64,000 nt of DNA, taken from assembly GCA_048128005.1 (NCBI GenBank), contig JBEUKZ010000071.1, positions 62,001 to 126,000 of the forward strand, given 5' to 3'. The notes beneath the pieces were generated by a model. That model saw only the letters and a list, made by a program, of their open reading frames with translations, searched no databases and was not told where the DNA came from. This document shows, piece by piece, positions 1-9,714 of this stretch; position 1 is the stretch's first letter; each line of letters opens with the position of its first letter. This DNA comes from Veleropilina oligotropha. Its lineage: Eukaryota. The position numbers and the translations under genes were made by a program.

Positions 1-169
1 GCGTTACCAGTTAAAGCAGAGTCTCGTCTGGAAATGAGAAAAATCGTTAATGCTAAATGCTTTGAAACAATATGCAATGCAAAGCAAATTACAATCTTTA
101 GTGATCTGAAATCAGTGTTATTAATATTAAACATATTCAAAGCAGAATATACTTGTTTTGATAAGTATT

Positions 170-391
170 AACTAGAAATATGTCCATCGGACACGAATGC
201 CCCCACTGGCAGCCTTGACCATAGGGGCAGTGTACAAAGTATCAAGTCAATCCATGAAGGCAAATAGAAGTTATAGCAGATTGGAGTTGCTTACACGCAA
301 ATACTGGTTTCGGGACGGACAGGACGGGACGGACGGGACGGACAAGAGTAAATCTAAATGCCACCCCAATAAATTGGTGGTGGCATAAAAA
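170..391 (-). mobile_element. HINE/DINE-1-like non-autonomous Helentron, copy 1 (SEH1L intron 7)
   Basis: Minus strand reads TTTTATGCCACC...GGTGGCAT hairpin, then a (GTCC)n microsatellite, and ends GGGGCATTCGTGTCCGATGGACA...CTAGTT; almost identical to 1445-1666. Confidence 0.7.
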
Positions 392-400
392 TCCACTTAC

Positions 401-541
401 CTAAGGGGCTTTAATGTTACTATTTTCAAATCCTTCGAGGCTATTGCGAGTAGGTGATAAGTTCGTCCGAGATTTGGAGCAAAGGCAATATCGTGGACTG
501 GTTCTGTTACAGATGAGATGGTTTCCGCTTTGGCCCATTTC
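401..541 (-). CDS. SEH1L: SEH1 coding exon 7 (gene continues beyond the left edge)
   Basis: [46 protein letters not shown]; 141 bp, GTAAGT donor. Confidence 0.94.
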   Translation of the reverse strand, partial: EMGQSGNHLICNRTSPRYCLCSKSRTNLSPTRNSLEGFENSNIKAP

Positions 542-1444
542 CTTTCAAATTTAAAGTATAAAACAGGGTTCAAGTATTGCATTATTGTATCTAAAGGTAA
601 ATATAATTAATACACCCTGCCAAGATAAAATCAACATCATCTAGGCTGGAACAAACAAAACTTGGCCAAAAATGCGATCGTAAACTATGCAGGGATCAGT
701 GAAACAAAATATTATCAAAAACATGACGTTATCATACCACCAGTTAATGCAAAAGCAACAAAATTTGAATGAATGATTTGATGATTATACCCAGCAATTT
801 TTCAGTCAAAATCGGATAGATATCTTAGTTGCTTCCAACAAAAATATAAATATACATAAATTATATTTAAGTTTATATAATATTCACAGGGGATTACCAA
901 GGAGCTACAGGCATCCCTCACATGTTTAGCCTGCGACCGATAAAGATTTTGGTGTTGCCTAATTGCTGTTACTGTTGAAAGACGAAGGCCAAAGTTGAGA
1001 AACTGCCTTGACAAACATCTCGTGCCCCCGCCACAGGTGCGACATTTCCTCGACAAATACCTGGGTCCCCCTCCTCAGTATCACACACACTCAGGAAACT
1101 TGAACTTGCAGTCAAGACGCAGAAACAATTACATGTATAAACGATTTTCCTCCTATCGGATGCTTTCGATTGGAGCTTATTTTCCTACTACGCCAGGGGT
1201 TCTGCTGCGACATGTCCATATATGGAAGAAACATTAGAAGACACCTAATTTTGAAGTAGCGAAATATTTCCATTTGTGGTCATTGCTCTACCACAGTGTC
1301 ATTGAATCGTCTTCCGTTGATGAGAGCTGTCAATCATCAACCACATCTAACTAAATGGAATGATATGACTGGCCAATTCTTTCCTTGCCACTTAATCTCT
1401 ATAATTCCAAGTTCCATATTTTAACTATCACAGGACACAGTAAT

Positions 1445-1666
1445 AACTAGAAATATGTCCATCGGACACGAATGCCCCCACTGGCAGCCTTGACCATAGG
1501 GGCAGTGTACAAAGTATCAAGTCAATCCATGAAGGCAAATAGAAGTTATAGCAGATTGGAGTTGCTTACACGCAAATACTGGTTTCGGGACGGACGGGAC
1601 GGGACGGACGGGACGGACAAGAGTAAATCTAAATGCCACCCCAATAAATTGGTGGTGGCATAAAAA
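1445..1666 (-). mobile_element. HINE/DINE-1-like non-autonomous Helentron, copy 2 (SEH1L intron 6)
   Basis: 222-bp copy of 170-391; one substitution seen, in the GGAC microsatellite. Confidence 0.7.
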
Positions 1667-1691
1667 TTCAATGTTCACATTGTAGCCACAC

Positions 1692-1784
1692 CTGGTATTG
1701 TCGTTGTATTCATACACATGGACCTTTCCGCCAGCTGCCGGATTGGCATCATCACTACCGACAGCTATCATCGGAGGATGGGCT
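1692..1784 (-). CDS. SEH1L: SEH1 coding exon 6
   Basis: AHPPMIAVGSDDANPAAGGKVHVYEYNDNT; 93 bp, phase 2/2. Confidence 0.94.
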
Positions 1785-1974
1785 CTGAAAATAGAGACAG
1801 GTATGTATACATAATCACCACGTCTAACGAGGTATAGAGAGAGAATAACATTCATTCAAGGAATATTAATTCAAAGGCCAACATTTTTCGCAGCAATCAA
1901 GATTTTAACAATTTTAAGTTCACACATCATCTGCTGACTCGATACTTTCATTTTCATACAATAAAATTAATGTG

Positions 1975-2208
1975 ATATGAATCAGTTTAGTTTTACAACC
2001 AAATTTTTGACAAATTTCAATCGTATAATTATGCAGTTGAGACCTTGTTTTTAACACTTCCATTGGAAGGACGGGGTTTAAAGCCATCCCTTCTATTAGT
2101 GTCAAGTGTTAGAATCAGCCATGCTGGAATGGGAATTGAACCCACATCCAAGCTTCCCACTTAATGTTTCTCCGACGCTCTATCAATTGAGCTATCGAGG
2201 ACAGTTAC
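1975..2208 (-). mobile_element. tRNA-derived SINE (family also at 3377-3469 + 7959-8055, 22640-22850, 31757-31970, 47810-48022)
   Basis: Head GTAACTGTCCTCGATAGCTCAATTGATAGAGCG (A box) and GGTTCAATTCC (B box); body motif CTAATAGAAGG is shared by the dispersed copies. Confidence 0.7.
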
Positions 2209-2339
2209 CTGGATGGGTTCCAGGACAAACAACTGCAGGTAAGCTTGCAGTTGATGTCAAACTGTAGTGACCACTGGCTGAGGTTCATGACATCCGGCGC
2301 CTCATAGATCCGGACAATCCCGTCAGCGGAACAGGTGGC
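2209..2339 (-). CDS. SEH1L: SEH1 coding exon 5
   Basis: [43 protein letters not shown]; 131 bp, canonical AG/GT, phases consistent with neighbours. Confidence 0.95.
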
Positions 2340-2702
2340 CTGGAAGGCAATCACATACCATCATCATCACGATCGATCGGTTGGTTGTCAACTTTGTTTT
2401 ACGACAACTTTTGGCAATTTTTCAGCCATATCATTTGGGTCACATAATTTACGGTTTCACTCCAATCTGACCGACATGTAGGGCATATATCAGAGAACAT
2501 CATTCTTAGAAATGTTTACAATTTTGAAGCAATATTTAATATATGATTATTATACATCGACAGTGTTAATGCAAATAATATGTTCTTCCCTGAATGTTGG
2601 TGAAATAACGAGGACAACACGATTATTAACAATTGGGTTGATGTTTCTGCATTAAATACACCATGGTCATCAACAAAGTTGGCTCATTAATGAAACACTC
2701 AC

Positions 2703-2818
2703 CAACTGAAGACCGAGGTGTTTTGGAGCAAATCGCACGTCTGTCACTGACGTCCGACTGTCAACCAGGCTGGACTTCCGAATCCAATGTGTTTTTCCAT
2801 TAGTGCCACCGTCTCCAA
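2703..2818 (-). CDS. SEH1L: SEH1 coding exon 4
   Basis: [39 protein letters not shown]; 116 bp, GTGAGT donor. Confidence 0.95.
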
Positions 2819-2984
2819 CTGAAAATGAAACCAATGTCCAAATGACATATTTGCGCAATTTAGCAATGGTCATTACCAAAGCTAAATTAGCAAAGTAAAG
2901 GTTATGAATTTAGCAAAGGTAACAATTTAATAGCAGATCATGAAACATTCTTCAAATGCTCGTCGTTGAAGATAATTTTTTTAC

Positions 2985-3090
2985 CTATTTCCTCCCAAAC
3001 TGTGGCTGTTCTATCGAATGAGCAAGCGGCGATCACTTGTCCAAACTCGGGGTGGGCCCACGTCACTCGCCAGACAGAGCCACTATGCGA
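2985..3090 (-). CDS. SEH1L: SEH1 coding exon 3
   Basis: [39 protein letters not shown]; 106 bp; WAHPEFG is the Seh1/Sec13 signature. Confidence 0.95.
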
Positions 3091-3476
3091 CTGAAATCAA
3101 CAAACAAGGTCACAATAACCAGCAACATATTGCACAACTAGAAATAACAAATATTGGTCAAGGTTTTTTAAAGCAACTTAGCCAATACTTAAATTATATT
3201 AATATAGAAATTCAGCATGTTGGTTCAATATTTAGAAATAGAAAATGCATTTTAATTGAAATTGAAAGGAAAAGATATAAACTATAAATTATTGATAATG
3301 ATTAAATTTAAAATGATAGAAGAGGAAAAGTATATTCATATGAAGGTGTGCAACGTTGACCTGTGCACATGTCTCGGAACTGTCCTCGATAGCTCAACTG
3401 GCATGTCTTATTTATGACGCTTAAAACTATATAGAAGGGATGGCTTAAAAACCATTTAGCTGTCCTTAAAGTCCAG

Positions 3477-3763
3477 GCCCCGCTTGCATAAAGATACTTA
3501 AGTTGAGATTTTCCTCAAGTCAGATTTCATGACGTCACGTTCAAAATGGCTTGCATAAAACTTCTTACGCTAAGTATCTTAGGAAATATTGCATTATTTC
3601 CTTACATATTTTAGACTGCTAGGTAGCTTCCTGCCTCAAATATTTCAGGAAATAATGCATATATTTCCAATAAGAAGTTTTACGCAAGCCATTTAGAACG
3701 TGACGTCATGAAATCTCAGACTTGAGGAAAATCTCAACTTAAGTATCTTTATGCAAGCGGGGC
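3477..3763. mobile_element. Fold-back MITE, probably PIF/Harbinger type
   Basis: Near-perfect palindrome GCCCCGCTTGCATAAAGATACTTAAG...CTTAAGTATCTTTATGCAAGCGGGGC with a 3-bp CAG duplication (3474-3476, 3764-3766). Confidence 0.8.
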
Positions 3764-4064
3764 CAGGTCTCACACATATAACTTCGTCCAAACACCACTT
3801 ACAAAGTTTTATTATGCTGTCATCTTGCTTACTGTGACAAATTCGATGTCGTATTTTATCGAGAAGTGACAGAAAAACGATCCCAAACCGAGTCCTTCTG
3901 TGACCTGATTATGAACGCTCTGTTTGCCCAGACGGCCAATTCGTGACGTCACATGTGGAAAACAGATGTTTCTCAGAGTCTGGCCGCAGGCAAATGACAG
4001 ACTCAATACACACATGCTCGCCAAGAAGTAAACATCAAATTTATAATAACTCAGTGTTTTCAAA

Positions 4065-4472
4065 ATGGTAAAAAAATGCGTAGTTGGAAACTGCAGCAAC
4101 AGTAATTTAACGGGACATTTGATGCACATGTTCCCTATTAATCGAAATCGTCGACAGAAATGGGAACGATTCGTTCGAAACACTAGATCCGAGTGGACAC
4201 ATGCCCAGTCACATAGCGTTATATGTGGAGAACATTTCGTAGCGCCTGATGAATTTTGAGGGTTATATGCAGTGGAAGATGGTTTCAAAAAACAGTTAGA
4301 TATTAAGAAAACGACAATACCTTCAAAGAATATGAACTCAACAGTTGCAGACGTTCGCCTAGCAGACTTCCGATAACAGCGCCATTTTCCACGGCATCCG
4401 ACCTAAGCCGGGATGCATGTTGTCCGAAACGGCAGAGAACAAAGTGCCGTACGAAAATTGAGTGTATCAAGG
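4065..4472 (+). pseudogene. THAP zinc-finger N-terminus of the Kolobok-like transposase, disrupted
   Basis: MVKKCVVGNC...HMFP...KW...ICGEHF is a C2CH THAP signature; TGA at 4257-4259; GT donor at about 4473; no DDE core found downstream. Confidence 0.8.
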
Positions 4473-5240
4473 GTATGTATAAATCATTACAGGTACTTGA
4501 TTGTTTCTGTTTATAAATCTTTTAAAATTTAGAATCAATGTGGTCGTCTGATTTGAAAATAATTATAAAAAACAAAGGGAGATAACTATCGCGGTGACGC
4601 CAAAAATCAAAGATCGGATTCGTCGTTTTTGTATCATTTACGTTAGGCCTAGAGATAATAATAAGATGCATTTCTACTATATTTTTACATTCAATTTTTT
4701 AATGTTGCTTGTGTTTTAAAAGAAATCTTTATAGTTTGATTTGTTAAAATCTTAATTGTTCGCAAATGATATTTTACCGCAAATATGACGCATATTCCAT
4801 AAATAATTTGCAAATAATTTACAAAGAAAATTTGTAACGAGTACATATACTATTTTGTTTAACATTATTATCATTTCATAATCAATAATTCAAATTGTAT
4901 ATTATTTCTGTTAAATTTATGGCAATTAGCCGATTTATATATGTTACTGTATAGACTAGGTTTTTAGAAGAGTAAATTTAAGTTCTGATCTGCCACAAAC
5001 AGCAAGTCAGTTGCGGTGGAGCCATTTTAAAAGTGGGTGTGTGAAATTTTACATGAAATATACTATCAACTATATGCTGGGGAGGGGGGCACGTGGATGA
5101 AAATTAGTGGTCAGGTGTAAAACCCCCTCTCTTTCATTGTGACAGTGCATACCAGACATTTCTTATCAACATTTATGAACCATTTTAATGAAACTGAATG
5201 GGAATATTTTTCTAAAAATAATTATGAAATAAAGTGATGA

Positions 5241-6047
5241 GCTGCTCCCCCTTCCCGGGTTCACCACCCCTGCTTCCCCCTTCCCAGGTCCACCACCCCC
5301 GCTTCCCCCTTCCCGGCTTCACCACCCCTGCTTCACCTTCCCGGGTTCACCGCCCCTGTTTCCCGGGTTCACTGCCCCTGCTCCCCCTCCCTGGCTTCAC
5401 CACCCCTGCTCCCCCTTCCTGGCTTCACCACCCCTGCTCCCCCTTCCTGGCTTCACCACCCCTGCTCCCCCTTCCCGGCTTCACTGCTCCTGCTCCCCCT
5501 TCCCAGCTTCACCACCCCTGCTCCCCCTTCCCGGCTTCACCGTCCCTGCTCCCCCTTCCCAGCTTCACCGCCCCTGCTTCCACTTTCCTGGCTTCACCGT
5601 CCCAGCACCCCCTTTCCGGCTTCACCACCCCTGCTTCCCCTTCCCAGCTTCACTGCTCCCCTGTTTCCCGGGTTCACCGCCCCTGCTCCCCCTCCCTGGC
5701 TTCACCACCCCTGCTCCCCCTTCCTGGCTTCACCACCCCTGCTCCCCCTTCCTGGCTTCACCACCCCTGCTCCCCCTTCCCGGCTTCACTGCTCCTGCTC
5801 CCCCTTCCCAGCTTCACCACCCCTGCTCCCCCTTCCCGGCTTCACCGTCCCTGCTCCCCCTTCCCAGCTTCACCGCCCCTGCTTCCACTTTCCTGGCTTC
5901 ACCGTCCCAGCACCCCCTTTCCGGCTTCACCACCCCTGCTTCCCCCTTCCAGGCTTCACCACCCCTGCTTCCCCCTTCCAGGCTTCACCACCCCTGCTCC
6001 CCGGCTTCACCGCCCCTGCTCCCCCTTCCCGGCTTCACCGCCCCTGC
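5241..6047. repeat. C-rich minisatellite, unit about 28 bp (CTTCACCACCCCTGCTCCCCCTTCCCGG variants)
   Basis: Directly visible tandem array; explains the Pro-rich ORF 5234-6127. Confidence 0.92.
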
Positions 6048-6380
6048 AATTGAAAGTATGTGTGGACCACACACACACAAACACATCTCAAGATTCTCAA
6101 CCCATGCCTGTTTTTTATGCATTATGATAATAAATTACTACATCTGATCTATATTTTTTACAGTTACTTTAATATGGATTGGATGTATCAGCTTCCGGAG
6201 ACCAAGATCCGAAAAGACAGAGAAGGGTAATTTCCTGCTCTGTGTCTTCAACCTCTACCTTTCAAAATGCGGCCAAATCCACTGTTGTAGAAAGTCACTT
6301 CGGCGGAGTAAGCTACTCCAGGCAAGGCCGAATATGACATCTATCGGCATACAGTGTTCACTTTTATTCGACTCTGTTAA

Positions 6381-7344
6381 CTCTTTGGCAGCGAATCGGG
6401 TCCAAAACGACCCGAAAATCAATATACATTAGACCTTATGAATATTTAGTAGCCACGACGCCCATACTATTTCCTGACATGCGTACATGCACGGAGTATT
6501 TACTATCGAAGGAAAATCGATCAAAAACTGTTGTTTACCACCAAGATTTACGTTGTTTACAGTTTAGCAAGTATAAAGATTAGTGTTTACGTTGGACATC
6601 AGTATATGGAAGTAGGGACTTATTGCAATGGATATCGTTACTTTTACATAATGAATAGCCGTAAAATGCTATGCCGAAGCATGAATTATGTTACTAGAAG
6701 ACCACATGTCGAAGAATGAGGTCAACCAGCATAGATCAACAGGACAGCACTGGTCAATGGATGCCACACCCCCTACATTGATCAGCTGATATCGATATAT
6801 AATATATATACACACACGCACACATGTAAATACAATTACACACATATATGCATGACCTAATGTTTCTATAATTTTATTACAGCCTGATCTGAGGAATGCA
6901 AGCTCGGTTCGAGAGTACCCCCCCCCCCCCCCATTTTCTCAATTTTTTGGTATATAGTGTTTTTCATATTTTAAAAGTAAAAATAGAAATAATTGGTTTA
7001 CATCTTAGAGATTTATTTTAAATAATTCAATTTATGGACAAGCATGGTTATTATGACCAAATATTGTTCCACATGTTATCTGTAAATTTGTAATATGACA
7101 ATCTAAAAATATATTAAATTTTTTATTTTTTATTTTTTGTGATTGTTATTTGTGAGATGCCCTGTAAAAATATTATGTAACAATGCAACAATTACACAAC
7201 ATTACTTTGAAGAACATTCTATTATCTTTCATGTGATATATAGTTTGTATGTGTTGTGGGCAGGAATATGTGTCATATAGTACATCTACAAATGTCCTAT
7301 GACAAACTAAAGGTTTTTCCCAATTAAATTCAGCTACCAAAGAG
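6381..7344. mobile_element. Non-autonomous piggyBac-like element
   Basis: TTAA|CTCTTTGGCAGCGAAT ... ATTCAGCTACCAAAGAG|TTAA: TIRs of about 16 bp and a TTAA duplication; no ORF. Confidence 0.7.
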
Positions 7345-7480
7345 TTAAAGATGATGCTAGTGTTTTAGAAGGCCACACTGATGCTAGTGTTTTAGAAGGC
7401 CACCCTACAGATGACGGATATTCTCGTGACTGGAAGGCCACCCTACAGATGACGGATATTCTCGTGACTGGAAGGCCACC

Positions 7481-7711
7481 CTACAGATGACGGATATTCT
7501 CGTGACTGTTCATTTTGTCCTTTTTCGTTGCTGTTGGTTCAAACCTATACGGTAGTACCTGACAGGTTTCCGGAGGAATTTTATTTTCAACGTCGTCTTC
7601 GCTGTCTCCAAAATATAATTGTTCGCCAAACAAATTATTTATTTCAAGTTCACAATGTCCATCACTATCGGTCTCTGAACTACACGATGCCCACGCATCC
7701 ATTTCACTCAT
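7481..7711 (-). pseudogene. N-terminal remnant of a KolX-like accessory gene
   Basis: Acidic N-terminus with a PYRFEP motif, convergent to the THAP ORF, near the right terminus; truncated by a 37-bp tandem repeat (about 7397-7508). Confidence 0.55.
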
Positions 7712-8144
7712 CAGTACTCGCTAGTAATGCCACCAGATACTCGCCCGAGATATATTCCACACGAGACGTCACCCGCCGCGATGAAATTCAATCCAGATTT
7801 TCTTCGCCGCATTATCAGATAAGGCGAAGTTTGGTGTCATTTTCGTGTTTTACGCAAAATATTGTTATCTACACATATTAGACATGCTATATCATCCGAA
7901 ACTACACAAACCACTTGTTATGAATAACGAATGCACATGTTATGCCAGGATATGGACTTTAAAATGGAGATGTTAAATCGAGGTTCCGTATACAGATAAG
8001 ACAGAAAAATAATCAAAATGTGGCCGTAAAACTATTCATTCAATCAATCAATCATGTCGTGACAAAAAATTGACATTAACGGATCAAAATAAAATTCTCA
8101 AGTGGGTTTACACTAAATATTGCACATTCAAAGATCACAGATAC

Positions 8145-8195
8145 CTTTAAACTTGCAGTGCAATGCCATTCCAGGTCTTCACCCAAGTCCCAGAC
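8145..8195 (-). CDS. SEH1L: SEH1 coding exon 2
   Basis: AG|VWDLGEDLEWHCTASLK|GT; 51 bp, phase 0/0; translated by hand. Confidence 0.93.
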
Positions 8196-8411
8196 CTAGA
8201 GCAAAGAACACGATAATATTGATATATTATAATACAGTATACAGCAAATAATTTAAATGAAACAAATATTTTCAAAACATTAACCAAAAGGTTTGGATTT
8301 TGGTTTCGCATATTATTATAGAAAGTACATGCTCACTAGACTTAATAATGACCTCCCTGGTTATGAATCAGTTTTCACATTTTTCATCGAGATTCAATCT
8401 CAACACCTATG

Positions 8412-8738
8412 CGAGCATGCAGCCTGCCTACGGAGGAGCATGCATCCTGCCTACGGAGTAGCATGCAGCCTGCCTACGGAGGAGCATGCAGCCTGCCTAC
8501 GGAGTAGCATGCAGCCTGCCTACGGAGGAGCATGCAGCCTTCCTACGGAGGAGCATGCAGCCTGCCTACGGAGTAGCATGCAGCCTGCCTACGGAGTAGC
8601 ATGCAGCCTGCCTACGGAGTAGCATGCAGCCTGCCTACGGAGTAGCATGCAGCCTGCCTACAGAGTAGCATGCAGCCTGCCTACAGAGTAGCATGCAGCC
8701 TGCCTACAGAGTAGCATGCAGCCTGCCTACAGAGTAGC
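8412..8738. repeat. 22-bp minisatellite (GAGTAGCATGCAGCCTGCCTAC, about 15 units), SEH1L intron 1
   Basis: Directly visible tandem array. Confidence 0.95.
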
Positions 8739-9212
8739 TGCGATAAGATCTGTGATGTTAATCTGGAAGAAGTCATTCTTTTCGATGATCGATTTCGCGC
8801 ATATTTATGGATTTACATCAACTGCAACATAATCTAGTTGCGTGCTTGTCACTGAACCATATTGACATCCAAATATGTCTTCATTTATCTAAATGTTTTA
8901 TATCGTTCACATACAAAACAATACATATAATTTGCAATTGTTTAGCGAGATCGGGATTTTCCCATCCCGACAGTAAGCACGTCAGGACACGGGGTGTCCT
9001 TGGCCAAATCGGGATAATCCCGCCGAAATCGGGATGGTTGGACACTCTGCATACATAATTACGGATAAACTATTGCATTGGGGCTGTCTGTCTGTGTGGT
9101 GGTGTATGTCCACGATGACTTTACATGGCTCAATTATGCTTCCTCTTGGATGCGCTTGTTTTTTTATGTTATTGTTTTCTAAATAGCGACACTTCAGGTG
9201 TGGGTTATCTAC

Positions 9213-9323
9213 CTTGACGCACTGATCGGTCGAGCACGTTGCCATTCGCTGGCCATGAAAATCGTACGCAACATCGTGAATCAAGTCTTTGTGATCCACA
9301 GGAATATTTCGCACATTAAACAT
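9213..9323 (-). CDS. SEH1L: Nucleoporin SEH1 (WD40), coding exon 1
   Basis: [37 protein letters not shown] is the Seh1 N-terminus; 111 bp, GT donor at 9212-9211. Confidence 0.95.
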
Positions 9324-9714
9324 TGTTTTCCTTGTATATCAGTTATTTCTATTCGTTAATCATTGTTATTTGCTACATTCTTTCTCTACTGGTCGGAAAA
9401 CGTTCTCCTGCAGATGTCCGTGAGCTTTTGATGAGCGACTCTTTGTTAGAAAGGCCACCATTGGATGGACACGATGTGAGGATCCAATGGCATTCATTTT
9501 AACAAAGTTGATCCTTACATCGGTGCGTCAAAAGCAAAATGCATCGATCAGTTTAATATTTCCCTCTACATCTACATCCACAGGTTACGCTAAACTGTCA
9601 TGATTGACAATTACTTAACGGTGCGCATAAAAAAGTAATAAGATTAAATGTAAAAAAAGAGATAGTAAAGCCAGAAAATAGTAAAGGTATGACAGTAATA
9701 GGTAGAAAATAGAG

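Larger units (their letters stand above)
3470..7958 (+). mobile_element. Decayed Kolobok-like DNA transposon in SEH1L intron 2
   Basis: TTAA at 3466-3469 and 7959-7962 flanks AGTCCA...TGGACT termini; THAP ORF on + near the left end and an acidic PYRFEP (KolX-like) ORF on - near the right end; interrupts a SINE copy. Confidence 0.75.

Noticed and set aside
197..388. Duplicated 63-aa ORF (also 1472-1663)
   Set aside because: Falls within two copies of a non-coding HINE-like repeat.
2120..2208. Possible tRNA gene (A and B boxes)
   Set aside because: No complete cloverleaf; it is attached to a dispersed repeat body, so it is a SINE head.
4065..4259. Host THAP transcription-factor gene
   Set aside because: Premature stop, and it lies inside a TTAA-flanked element with a KolX-like partner.
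5234..6127. 297-aa Pro-rich ORF
   Set aside because: Translation of a C-rich minisatellite that lacks stop codons by composition.
7690..7725. Hammerhead ribozyme core (CTGATGAG...GAAA on the minus strand)
   Set aside because: No room for stem II and no flanking helices; other CTGATGA hits (25137, 50496) also lack the fold.
8293..8622. 109-aa ORF with repeats
   Set aside because: Runs through the 22-bp minisatellite; no protein features.
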